From: the human T2T-CHM13v2.0 reference genome, Homo sapiens
Reading direction: 5' to 3' (one strand)
Length of the DNA stretch: 64,000 bases
Assembly (NCBI RefSeq): GCF_009914755.1
Contig: NC_060926.1
In this document: one piece after another, positions 1 to 14,631 of the stretch
How the letters are laid out: the number at the start of each line of letters is the position of its first letter
Numbering within the stretch: the stretch's first letter is position 1
The notes under the pieces: model-generated
Seen by the model: only the letters and a program-made list of their open reading frames with translations
Told to the model about the DNA's origin: nothing
The model's database searches: none
Translations under genes and position numbers: made by a program

Positions 1-559
1 GCTGGTCCTACCTTGGGCACATGGCCCATATCTGGTCTTGGAAACACTCATCTGTCCCTTGACCGAGGTGTCCCTGGTCCCAACACAGCAGTGATTGCAG
101 GGCTCTGCCACTAAAAGTACAAGGCAGCCCTTCTTTGTCTTCTGGATTTCATAGAAGAGTCAATCCCTGGCCCCAGGCCAGTTTAGCACCCTCAAGTCCA
201 GCGTGGGCATTGGTCTTCTGTGTCTCTCACTGCTGGAAGTTCCTCTTGAATTTATCCAAGAGATTCTATGCAACCCCCCTTCCTAGTTGTCATGGTAGGC
301 TCCCACGCTGCTCCCCTAAAGGTACAGTGAGGACCCCATAAAAACAATAGCTCTAAAGAATTCCTTCTCCAAGTCTCCCACCCTGGCGGTCTCTGACCTT
401 GTTTTCATCCTTGATCTGGCTGAGTAACCCAAGAATCATTGCACAGATTCTAGGCCAAATTCCTTTGTCCATCTACAGTAACAGAGGGATCCTATGACAC
501 ATTCACTGTGGTGTCCTGAGCCAAGAAGATTTCCATGCTAGTATCTTGTTATAATATCA

Positions 560-1590
560 TAAATAACACTGCCATTAATATTCTTGTCCAAAGATATTTA
601 TTTATGCACATGGACCGGTATATCTACATGAATTGCCAGATGAATTAACAGAAAAGAAATGGTAGGGCCAAAGCGTATGAGCATCCTTTTATTTTACTAG
701 ATATTGCCAAATAGCCATCCAAAGAGTTGCACAAATTTTCTCTTCACAAAAAATGTATGAGTACCTGTTTCCCACCCCCTTGATTAGCTTCATATTTACA
801 TCTACCTGGATTTATTCTGATATAAATCATATTTTAACTCCTCGCATATACTCCAGTCCCACATATATTAAACAGTAAATTCAAGTGTATTTACTGAATA
901 AATGTATCTTTTCCCCACTGAAATGCCACTTTGATCTTGCAATACATTCTTGAATATTTCTGGACTTTTTCTGGGCTTTGTGTTTTGTTCCAACTGATGT
1001 GTTTTGTCTATTCCTGTCCTAGTTCCATATGATTGTGATTATTGCAACTTTATTATACATTTTAATATTTGGTAGGAAAACTCCCATTTCATTACTCTCC
1101 TTTTTCAAAAATTCCCTAAATCTTCTCAAAATTTATTCTTTCAGTGACTTGTAGAATCAATTTGCCTAGCTCTAAAAAAAATCCATATGGATTTCTATGA
1201 AGATCACAAAAAATTTATAATTTGTGAGAAATTGGAAACTTCCCAGTATTAAATGTTCCCAAATGAGAACGTAATAGTCTCATTAGTTATTTTTTAAAAT
1301 TTTATCATTCAAATGAGCTTTGTAATTTTATTCATACAATCTATTCCTGTCTATTTCTATAAACCTAAATATGTATGACATTACATATTTGTTACTATTG
1401 TATTAAATCATTTTCCCATTAATTTTTAGTTACTATTGACATACAAAAATCTTATTTTTGAACAATCTTTCTAGTCATTTTTAGCTTGTTTTCTTGGGCT
1501 TTCTAAATAGGTAATCGTATTATCTGTAAGTAATGATAACATTACTAACTCCATTCTAACATCTATACTACTTATTTGAATTTTGTTTAA
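560..1590 (-). mobile_element. Ancient L1 (L1M/L1ME-like) ORF2/3' fragment
   Basis: T-rich, degenerate antisense L1 motifs, e.g. 'gattgtgattattgcaactttattatacattttaatatttggtagg' and 'ttttctaaataggtaatcgtattatctg'-like segments. Boundaries approximate. Confidence 0.65.
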
Positions 1591-3285
1591 TTCCCAAGGT
1601 TTTCATGGCTACCACAAAATTAAATTTGTAAAATTCACATCTATTAATGTCTCCAAATCTTGACAAAAGTTGTGAGGATACATGCCAAAATGTTAACCGT
1701 AGTTATTTTGTCATAACTTCTGTATTTTGGTAATATTTACAGTAAATATCAGCAAAGTCAGCAAAACTAATTTCTGCAATTAATTTGAATCTATATTTTT
1801 GTAGTTATCCAAGTCAAGAATGAAAAGAGTATCTACTCTTCTACTTCTAGTGATGATGAATTAACAGAGATAGGATTTGCCCTCCAACCTAAACAATTAG
1901 AAGTTGAAATAAATGAAATGACTATTTTTAGATATTGGACAATAGGCAGCTGAGCATTATGGTTCCTGAAGAAAGAAAAACAAATGACGAGATCCCTATG
2001 ATTGCACTGGGCCTGTAAGCTCTCCAGACCATCGAACAGGGAAGGGATTCCAAGATGTGAATGGCAGTCTCACAAATTTGAGGAAATAATTACCAGGTGT
2101 AGTAAGCCATGTAGCAAAAGAGCTTGAAAGATATACATAAAGGTCCCCTTTGGTCTTTGATGAAATACTAAGGTGGTTATAGAATGAAGCTTCATGAGAC
2201 TGGGAAAAGAATAATCAGGGAGCCACAAGCTGAACAATTCTAAGAGATCAGGGATGGGAGATTCCTTATTGAACATGCAAAGCATTCAGTAGAGATCCTA
2301 AAAGAATCACATCTTAGTAGTAGGACTAAGTTAGCCCTAAAGGCCCAGCAGAAAAATGCTTAAAAATAGTCTGTGAAAAGATAAAACTGAACCACTAGTA
2401 CCTTAACTACCCACTATAACAAAGCTCAATGCTATTTAAAGGAAGACAACAAAATCCAGACTCTCAACAATGTATCAGCATTGATACATTGCCCAGCCTC
2501 CAATTAAAAATTTTTAGACATGAAAAGAAGCAGAAAATGTAATCCATAACCAGAAAAAAAATCACTCACTGGTGACATAGGTTTAAAGATACAGAAGGTA
2601 TCAATGATGGAATTGTCAAAGGTTGCTTAAGCAGCTATTATGAATATATTCAAAAAATTAAACAAGAGATATGAAAATAGTGAGTGGAGACAATGGAAGA
2701 TATATATATACACATATACATACATACATACACAAACATACACATACCTGAAATGAAAATTACACTGGGTGGAATCAATAGAATATTAGAAACAGCAGAA
2801 GAAAATTAGTGAGCTTGAAGGCATAACAATGGAAACTATACAAATGAAGCACAGAGAGAAAACTGGGAAAAAATGAGCAGAGTCTCAGTGATGTGTGAGA
2901 CAATATCAAGGGATCAAGGGTATAATGCGTACCCATTTGTTATTGGAGTGTCAGAAGGAAACAGGAGAGGTGCATAAAAGTACTCGAAGAAACTGACCGA
3001 AAAAAATTTAAATTTGATGAAAATTATAAACCCACAGACCCAGAAAGGTCAACAAACCCCAAGAAGGAGTAACACAAAGAGAACCACACCATTACAAAAA
3101 TTTCCAAAAAGAGCTTTCATGGGTTTTCAGATTTCTTAATGACTTTTTAAAGAGAAAATCTTAAAGGCAGCCAGTGGAAAAAGAAACATAATATACAGAT
3201 AAATATAAGCTTATCACAGACTTCTCATCAAAGACTATGCAAGCCAGAAAACAATGGAATGAAATCTTTAAAGCACTGAAACAAT

Positions 3286-3563
3286 GGCTGAGCACCGTGG
3301 CTCAAGTCTGTAGTCTCAGCATTTTGGGAGGCCAAGGTAGGTGGATTGCTTCAGTGCAGGAGTTCAAGCCCAGCCTGGGCAACATGGCAAAAAATATAAC
3401 AACAACAACAACAACAAAATAGCTGGAGGCTGAGGTGGGAGGATCCTTTGAGCCTGGGAGGCAGAGGTTGCAGTGAACTGAGATGGTGCCACTACACTCC
3501 AGCCTATGCAACAGAGTGAGACACTGTCTCAACAAAACAAACCAAGACAAAAACAACAAAAAA
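3286..3563 (+). mobile_element. AluJ with internal deletion and (CAA)n linker
   Basis: Alu head 'ggctgagcaccgtggctc', J-type 'ggattgctt' and 'ggaggatcctttgagcc', A-rich tail, TSD core 'taaagcactg' on both sides. Confidence 0.9.
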
Positions 3564-4226
3564 TAAAGCACTGCAGCAAGGTGTCAACCTAGAATTTTAA
3601 ATCCAGTTAATATTTATTTTTTAAATGTAAGTACAGTTAAGTCATTTTCAGAGAAAAACTGAGATAATTCATCATCTATAGGCTTTCACTACAGGAAATA
3701 TTAGAGGAAGTAGTTCAAGTGGAAGAAAAATTATATCAGATGGAAAATTGGGATCACATCAAGGAATGCAGAACACTGGAAAGGGTAAATACATGGATAA
3801 ATATAAAATGCGTTTTCTCATTTTAAAAATTTCTTTAAAATACAATTGTTTAAGCAAAAAAAAGTAGCAATGCATTACAGGATTTAAATCTATGAGGAGG
3901 TAAAAATATATGACAACAAAAGCACAAGAGATGAGGAACTAGAAGTACATCATAAGGTTTTACATAATACATGAAAAAGTATCATACCATTTCAAGATAG
4001 ACTGTGATTAGTTTAAGAGACACATAATAAACACTAGTGCAATCTCTAAAAATGAAACAAAGAAGCATGGCTAATAAGGCAATAATGGAGATGAAGTAAA
4101 ATTATTAAAATGATTAACTCAAAAGAGATAAAAAGAAAATGTGTAAATGAGACAGACAACAAAGAGTATGATGACAGCCTTCTGTACAACCATATTTATA
4201 TCACATTTAATGTAAACGGTATAAAC

Positions 4227-4407
4227 CAGAGTTTGGCAAACTTCTTCTGCAAAGGCCCAGATAGTAAATATTTTAGGCTTTGTGGTCCATACAGTCTGTG
4301 TTGAAGCTACTCAACTCTGATATTGTGGAGTAAAAGCAGCCATAGACAATACATAAATGAATAATGTGGCCATGTTTAGTCCACAGGGTGTAGTTTGCTG
4401 ACTCTTG
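4227..4407 (-). mobile_element. MER58A (hAT-Charlie MITE)
   Basis: 'cagagtttggcaaac...ggcccagatagtaaatattttaggctttg...gtagtttgctgactcttg', with terminal inverted repeats. Confidence 0.85.
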
Positions 4408-4865
4408 ATCTAAATGCTTCAAATAGAAGGTGGAGTTGTCAGTCTATGGAGAAAAGCAAACCCCAACTACATGCTGTAAACTATATTAAATATAAATTCA
4501 CAGATAGTTGAAAAGTAAAAAGATGGAGAAAGATAAGCAATGTAAACATTAATCATAAGAAAGCTGGAGAGGCTATTTTAATATCAAGATTAACTCAAGA
4601 ACAAATTATATGTGAGATAAAAATATTTCATAATGATGAAAGAGTAAGTTCATGAAAAAAATATAACAATCATAAATGTGCCTGCACCCAATAAAACAGC
4701 TTTGAAATAGATGAAACAAAGGCCAACAGACTGAAAGAAAAATTTGACAAATCCATAAGTATAATTAGAATTTTTAACACTTCTTTCCCAGTAATTGAAA
4801 GAATAAGTAGAGAGAAAATCAGCAAGTCTATTGAAAACCCAAATAACACTATTAAGCAACACGAT

Positions 4866-5204
4866 TGTTATGAACTGAATGTTTATGTCACCCTACCCCA
4901 AATGTTATGATGTTTGGAGGTGGGGCCTTTGGGGTAATTAGGTTTAGATGAGGTCTTGAGAGTAGATGATGGGATTAAGTTTCCTGTAAGAAGAGGGAGA
5001 GACCAGAGACTTTCTGTCCACCATGTGAAGGCACAGCAAGAAGGTGGCTGTCTGAAAGCCAGTAAATGGCCCCTTACCAGGCACTGAGTCCGCTGGCACC
5101 TTGATCTTGAACTTCCCAGCCTCGAGAACTGTGAAGAATGTGTCTGTTGTTTAAGCCACTGAGTCTATGGTATTTTGTCATAGCAGCTCAAGGTGACTAA
5201 GACA
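4866..5204 (+). mobile_element. MaLR solo LTR (MLT1A-like)
   Basis: TG...CA ends; 'ggaggtggggcctttggggtaattaggtttagatgagg' and 'ggtattttgtcatagcagc...gactaagaca'. Confidence 0.85.
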
Positions 5205-5608
5205 ATGACCTAATTGAAATTTATAGAAAGTCTATACATCAACAAAATATATATCTTTTCAAAGGCATATGACACAGTCAGCAGACAGATCATATGCTCA
5301 GCCACTTATTCAAAAATCTCAATAAACTAGAAAAGGATTGAACTTTATAGAGTATGTTATCTGGAAACAATTGAACTAAACTAGAAATCAATAAAAGAAA
5401 GATATTTGGAAAACACCCAAGTGCTTGGAAATTAAACAAGTCATTTATAAATAACCAATGGGCCAAAGAAGAAATTACATATACAATCACAAAATAGTTT
5501 GAAGAGAATGAAAATGAAAAAGGTCTATCAGATTCATGGTCTCTAGTTAAGGCAGTGCTTAGAGGTAAATTTATATCGCAAACCGTTTATATTAAAAAAG
5601 AAGAAAGG

Positions 5609-5660
5609 GGATCACACGTCATCAGGATCTCCTGAGGCTGTGCCATGGGAAAAGAAAAAT
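5609..5660 (+). mobile_element. Micro-retroinsertion (~41-nt body plus A-rich tail)
   Basis: Perfect 15-bp TSD aaaaaagaagaaagg at 5594-5608 and 5661-5675, a TT/AAAA target site and tail 'aaaagaaaaat'. Confidence 0.8.
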
Positions 5661-6473
5661 AAAAAAGAAGAAAGGTCCAAAATTAATAACATAACTAATC
5701 AGTCTAAGAATTTACAAAAAGAGGAAAAAAATTAAGCCTAAGGAAGTAGAAAACAGTGATATTAGTAAGAGCAGTAATCAAAGAAATAGGAAACAGAAAA
5801 ACATGAGAGAAACTCAAAGCAAAAGTTGGTTCTTTGAAAAGAATTTTTCGAATTAGAAATCTCTAGCTAAATTTATCAAATTAAAGGAAGACACAAATGA
5901 CCAACAGCAGGAATAAAAGAGGGGAAGTTAATTCAGATCTTATATACATTAAAGAGTCATAAAGGAATTTGGCTATGACAATAAATTTGACAACTTACAG
6001 GAAATACATAATTTTTATAAGTAAGCAATCTGTTAAAAGTAGATTTAAAATTAAAAACAGTCACACAAAACACTAGGCTCAACTAGCTCACTCATGAATT
6101 CTATCAAATATTTAAGAAATAATATTTCCAATATAACTAATCAAGATATAAACTATTTCATAAAATAGAGGAAGAGGCCAGCATTACCGTAATACCAAAC
6201 TAGATGCAGACATTGCAAAAAGAGAAAATAACAGGACAATATCCCTCACAACATAGACACGAAAATCCTCAACAAAACACTAGCAAATTGAATCCAGCAA
6301 TATGTATAATGTTGAGCAAAGGAGGTTTATTTTTCCCAGGAATGTAAGGTTGGCTTAACTTTCAATAATCAATCAATGTGTTTCACCAAGGTAAAAAATA
6401 ATACAATAAAAATTTCAATCAATCAAGAAAAGCACTTGACATAATGCAACTTCCTTTCATGATAACAATTTTC

Positions 6474-8152
<1,679 letters not shown>

Positions 8153-9329
8153 CTAGGAACAAAAGGTAACTATATCAACCAGTTTTTTAAAAAATCTATG
8201 AAAAACCTATACCTCAAATAATACTTAATGATGACACACAATGCTTTCCTCCTAAAGTGGAAAGCAAGACAAAGATGTCCACTCTGACCTCTTCTATTCA
8301 GTGTTTTACTGGAGATCCTACCAAGTACAATAAGGCAAGAAAATGAAACAAAGGAATAAATTTGGATAAATATTAGTAAACTCTATTTAGAGATGACATG
8401 ATCAGGTACACAAATCATAGGGAATCAATCTACCAAAAAAATTCCTACTAGAACAATTCTGTAACTAGAGTTACAGAATAAAATGTCAATAAACAAATAT
8501 ACATTGTACTTTTATATAGTAGCAATGGAACTTCACTGGAAATTAAACATTAAAAAAGCACCATTTGCAATAGCATCAAAAACATGGTATGTTTAGGAGT
8601 AAAATTAAAATATATATTTGTATGATCTATACCATGCAACTTACAAAACACTGCTGAGAAAAAGTAAGAAAATTTAAATAAGTAGAGAGAGAGATCATGT
8701 TCTTGGGTTGGGAGATTCAAAATCATTAAGATGCATATTCTGCCCAATGAATCGATAGATTCAACTACAAACTCAATCAGCATCCCCGCAAGCTTTGTAA
8801 TAGAAGTTGACAAGTTGATTCTACAATTTATATGGGAAAGCAAAGTAACCAGAATAGTCAAAATAATTTTGGAAAGAAGAACCAAGTTTGGAGGACTTAC
8901 AATACTTGATTTCAAAGCTTACTATATTTTACTGAACAAAAGAAGACAGGCACAAAAGAGCATTACTATATGATTCCATTTATATTAAACTCTTGAAAAA
9001 TTAATCTAGAGAAATAGAAAACAGAGTAATGGTTTCCTGGGGCCAGGGGTGGAGGTAGAAGGTAGAGATTAATTGGGAAGGACCACAAGTGAAGCTTCTA
9101 GGGCAATTAAAATGTTCTGTATCTCGACTGTAGTAGTGGTTACATGGTTATATACATTGTCAAAATTTATCCTTCATATGCTTTCAGTGTGTGCATTTTA
9201 TTGTAGTAAATTTTACCCCAGTGAAGTTTATCTTTTAAAAGAGTACCTATCAAGCTATCCCCATAAAACATAAAGCTCTGGTACATGTTTATGTTTTGTT
9301 ATGTAATCCCACATTCCTCCTCTCAATTT

Positions 9330-9760
9330 TTGTCAAGTAATTAGATATTTTTACTTCAGTAGTGTCATTATTGTTTTTATACATTTGTCTTTTAAAAATA
9401 GAACTTAAAAAGCCATCTGCTTCAAAACAATATTAAGGACAATTGTTTAGACTTAGTTCTGTGTTTTACGTTACTTCAGTAATCACCACCATTTCTTTTA
9501 TACCATGACCTCCCCACTTGTGAATTCACTATATTTTTAAGTAAGTCTTTTCAGAAAATGTAGACTTGTGGTATTTTCCCTGAATATGTATATAATTGTA
9601 TTGCCTTAATACACAAATGACACCTTATCTTGCACATAGAATTCTTGGATCACAACTTTTCCTTTCAAAATTCTACAGATAGATATCTAGTTTATTCCAC
9701 TATCTAAAGTTGCAAAGAAATATGAGCCCAGCTTGATTGCTTTCAATCTTGAAAAATCTT
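9330..9760 (-). mobile_element. Ancient L1/HAL1 ORF1-like fragment
   Basis: Antisense ORF1-like motif 'catagaattcttggatcacaacttttcctttcaaaattct'. Confidence 0.45.
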
Positions 9761-9779
9761 TCTCCCCTTAGTTTCTGCG

Positions 9780-9915
9780 CTTGCACGGCCTCCTGATTTC
9801 CTCCTATTTCTTAGGACGCTGCTCAACTGCTTTGCAACACTTCTTCCTCTGCTCTTGAACACTAGTGTTCCTTGGGGTCCTGTCCAGGCTCCTTCTTCTT
9901 CTCATGTCATGCCAA
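9780..9915 (+). mobile_element. L2 fragment
   Basis: 'ctcctgatttcctcctatttc...gtgttccttggggtcctgtccaggctccttcttcttctc'. Confidence 0.55.
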
Positions 9916-9949
9916 GCCTTAGATTCAGTCAAGTCTGTACATTAAAGCA

Positions 9950-10440
9950 CTCAATAAAACACATTGTTTTCTTGAAAAATACGAATTGCCACATGAATTC
10001 AAGAAGCATAAAGCCTTTAAAAAACAATAAGAAATAAATTGAAAAGATTGATGCAGAATTACCTTCAAAAATAGTACAATAATCTGACTGTTTTGTTACT
10101 CAAATGCTCATGAAATTGAGGATTTTCATGCTACACAAACTGTTACAGAGAGTAAAAAAAGATGTAATAGATTACAGTCAGTTTTTTAAACCTAGGTTAA
10201 TTATGATACAAAAACCCAATAAATACACGAATAGCATAAAATAAACTACTTAACTACTTACCAATGCTAGAAAATCAAATCCAACACTACAGTAAAAGAA
10301 TAATATAACATGAGGCAATAGACATTATTAAAAATAATGTAAACATGGTTTAATAGGAGATCTATTAAAGTAGTTCACTGCATTTTTAGGTCAAAGGAGA
10401 AACTCTATAATCATCTAGATAGGTATGAAAAGGCAAGACA
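9950..10440 (+). mobile_element. Ancient L1 ORF2 fragment
   Basis: RT-region-like 'aaatcaaatccaacactacagtaaaagaataatataacatga...ataatcatctagatag'. Confidence 0.6.
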
Positions 10441-10825
10441 AAATCTGCTTTCTCTTAGGATGCAGAAAATCACAAGGAAATGTTACTTCCCCTCCATAAA
10501 CAATGTTTGTAAGAAGCCAGAAAATCTACAAAACTGACTTTTCCTGAGCCCATTAGAGCGCTGTTGTCACAAGGCTATAAGATGAACTGGATTTCAAAGA
10601 GTGAAAAGCCCATTTGAGGAGAGATGGAACATGCAAACTGGTTTCCTTTGGCAGAACACAGAAGAAAGAGGTGGCAGCAGCCCACTGCTGGAAGACTTTG
10701 CAAGCTCTGATATGGTAAAGATAACTGTAGCAATAACAAAACTGAAACTTAGTTCAACTATTGACTAGATTAACTTAACACTTTCCTTACCTCCCCTTCC
10801 CCCTGCCACACACTAATGGCCTCAC

Positions 10826-10861
<36 letters not shown>

Positions 10862-10888
10862 CATCCCTATCTCAGGGTGTGAGTACTA

Positions 10889-11030
10889 TTTTTTCCTTTT
10901 CCTTTTTTAAATTAGAAATGGGGCCTTTCTGTATTTCCCAGGCTGATCTTGAACTCCTGGGCTCAAGCTATCCTCCTGCCTCAGCCTCCTGAGTGGCTGG
11001 GATTACAGGCACATGCCACTGCACCAACCC
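10889..11030 (-). mobile_element. FLAM / Alu monomer
   Basis: Antisense 'caggctgatcttgaactcctgggctcaagctatcctcctgcctcagcctc'; TSD ggtgtRagtactatt on both sides. Confidence 0.85.
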
Positions 11031-12886
11031 CAAGGTGTAAGTACTATTTATCTCCATCTCTGCTATTTTTCTATACACCATGTCTAATATTCAAAAAGAA
11101 ATTATAAGACACAAAGAAGCAATTTAAAAATTATCAAGAGATAGGGTGATCAACAGAAATAGACCCACAGATGACTCAGATGTTGCAATGATAAAATAGG
11201 CACCTTAAAATAATGGTGATTAATATATTCAGGGATCTAGTGAAAAAGGTGAGCAAAATACTTAAACAGATGAAAAATTTCACCATAGAGTTTGAGACTA
11301 TAAAAATGTCAAATGGAGAAAATATGACATCAGAGACAGAGAAGAATTTGTTTGACAAGCCTATCAGCAGACAACGCAGAAGAGAAAAGAACCATTGAAC
11401 TTGAAGATAGGTCCATAGACATTTTCTAAACTCAAGCACAAAGGAAAAAAAGGTTTTAAGTCAGATCCAAAAGCTGTAGGACAACGTGAAATTGGAGTCC
11501 CAGAACAAGAGACAAAGAACTTGGAAGAAGAAATATATGAAGAGGTAGTGGGTGACAACGTTTCCAGAATTACTGAAGGAAAACAAACTATAGATCCAAG
11601 AAGCTCAGAGAAAAAAAATACAAAAAAGAAATAAAATCTGACATATTACATATAGTCAAACTGCCAAAAACCCCAAACTTTCCCCATATTGATCTATAGT
11701 TTCAATGAAATCCCAATAAAAATTCAGTGGGTTTTTTGGTAGAAATTGACATGCTAACCCTAACATTTATATGGAAAAGCAAGAGAACTAGAATAGTCAA
11801 AATAATTTTGAAAAACAAAGCTGAAAGACTCAGACTACCTGATTTTAAGACTGTGGTACTGGTAAAATGATAGGTACTAAGATCAATAGGACACACTAGA
11901 ATCTAGAAATGGACCCTCACATATATGGCTTATTGATTTTTGACAAAGGATAAAAAACAATTCACTAGAAAAAGCATACTCTTTTCAACAAATGGTGCTA
12001 AAGTAATTGGACATCACAGGAAAAAAAAATTTCAGTCTATACCTTACTCTATACAAAAATTAACTACAAATGTACCATATACATTAAGGTAAATTCTAAA
12101 ACTATAAAACCTGTAGAAAAATACTTTGGAAGAAATCTTTTTGACTTGGGGTTTGGCAAAGCTATGACCTAAAAATCATAATTCATTCAAGAAAAAAAAT
12201 TGATAAATTGGGCTTCCTTGAAATAAAAACTTCTGCTTTTCAAAAAACACAATTTTAAAAAACAAAAAGACACAACACATTTGGGAGAAAATATTTTAAA
12301 ACACAGATGTAATAAAGAATTTGCATGCAAAATATAAAAGTAACTCTTAGAACTTAATAGGAAGACAATTAGCCCAATTTAAAAATGTACAAATGATTTA
12401 AACACTTAACCAAAGAGGATACATGGATAGCAAATAAGCACATGAAAGGATGCTCAACACCATTAATCATTAGGAAAAATATAAATTAAAACCACAATGT
12501 GATACCACTACACCCCTAAAATGGCTAATGTTAAAAAAGTTGACAATACCAAATGCTACTGAGGGATGTGAGTAATTGGAACTTTCAAACATTGCCAGTG
12601 GAAATGCAAAATAGTACAGCCTCTTATGAAAACAGTTTGGCAGTTTCTTATAAAGTTAAACATACTCTTACTATATACACATGACTCAGTAATTCTACTC
12701 CTAGGAATTTACCCAAGAAAAATAAAAACATATGTTCACCCAAATGAGTGGTATGTAAATTTTCATGAGTTTTATTCATAATAGTCCCAAACTGGAAGTA
12801 ACCCAAAAGTTTATCAACTAGTGAATGGATATACAAATTATATCTATACAATGGAATACTACACAGCAATAAAAAGGAATGCAATA

Positions 12887-13217
12887 TAGTTGTCCCTTCT
12901 TAATCATGGTTCTGCATCTGTGGATTCAATCAACTATGGACTGAAAATATTTGGAAAGAAAAATAGATGGTTGCATCTGTACTGAACATTTACAGACTTT
13001 TTTCTTATCATTATTCCCTAAATGATACAATATATTACATAGCATTTACATTGTATTTGGTATAAGTAATTTAGAGATGATTTAGAGTATATGGGAGAAT
13101 GTGCATAGCTTAAATGCAAATACTACCTCATTTTATATCAGGGACTTGAGCATCCATGGATTTTGATACCCATGGGGGATCCTGAAGCAATCTTCTAGGG
13201 ATGCCAAGGGATGATTG
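12887..13217 (-). mobile_element. MER2 (TcMar-Tigger MITE)
   Basis: 'tctgcatctgtggattcaatcaac...atatcagggacttgagcatccatggattttgatacc'; TA on both flanks. Confidence 0.9.
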
Positions 13218-13320
13218 TATTGATACATGCAACAACATGAATGAATCTCAAAAGCATTATATACAAAGCGAGAGAAGCCACACATGAAAAGCTACATGCT
13301 ATCTGATTCCACTTATTTGA

Positions 13321-14039
<719 letters not shown>

Positions 14040-14329
14040 CTATAGGAATAGAAATCATCTAGTTCTCCCCAAGTTCACAAGCATAAATATTCTCCATGTT
14101 AATTCCTTCCATGCAAATAAACTCACACAAAAACAAATTTGTGTGGGAAAAACTCAGATTCAAGCTTTCCCATCTTAACATTCAGAGGGATGTTTATTAC
14201 CCATGTTATTTATAATAGACATTTAAAATAAAAGTTCGGCAGACAAGAAGGCAGGCATCCAATTATGTTATAGAAAATGTTAATGACCCAGGGAGATGTT
14301 TATGTCAGAATAGGAAAAATAGAAACACT

Positions 14330-14570
14330 AATAGCTCACAACTATGGACTGGCCACTGCACAATAGGCAGCCCTCTAGATACTTTCTATGTGTTACACCG
14401 TTTCATCCTGGCAACTACTATATCATTATTGCTGTTATTGTTTTGTCAATTTCAGATGAGGGACCGGAGGTTTAGGAAGTTGATGAAACATGCCAGCAAG
14501 TAAGTGGTGGGGCTGAGATTTGAACTCACGTAGTCTACTAGACTCAAAACTCTAACCATTACACTTTACT
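14330..14570 (+). mobile_element. MIR
   Basis: MIR core 'ttcagatgagggaccggaggtttagg...gtaagtggtggggctgagatttgaactc'. Confidence 0.7.
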
Positions 14571-14604
14571 GTTTTCTATTCTGCATGGCTTTAAATCTGT
14601 ACTT

Positions 14605-14631
14605 ACACACACACACACACACACACACACA
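14605..14631. repeat. (CA)n microsatellite
   Basis: Directly visible. Confidence 0.95.

Noticed and set aside
1-540. Possible LTR or exon at the window start
   Set aside because: No diagnostic motif I can support; left unannotated.
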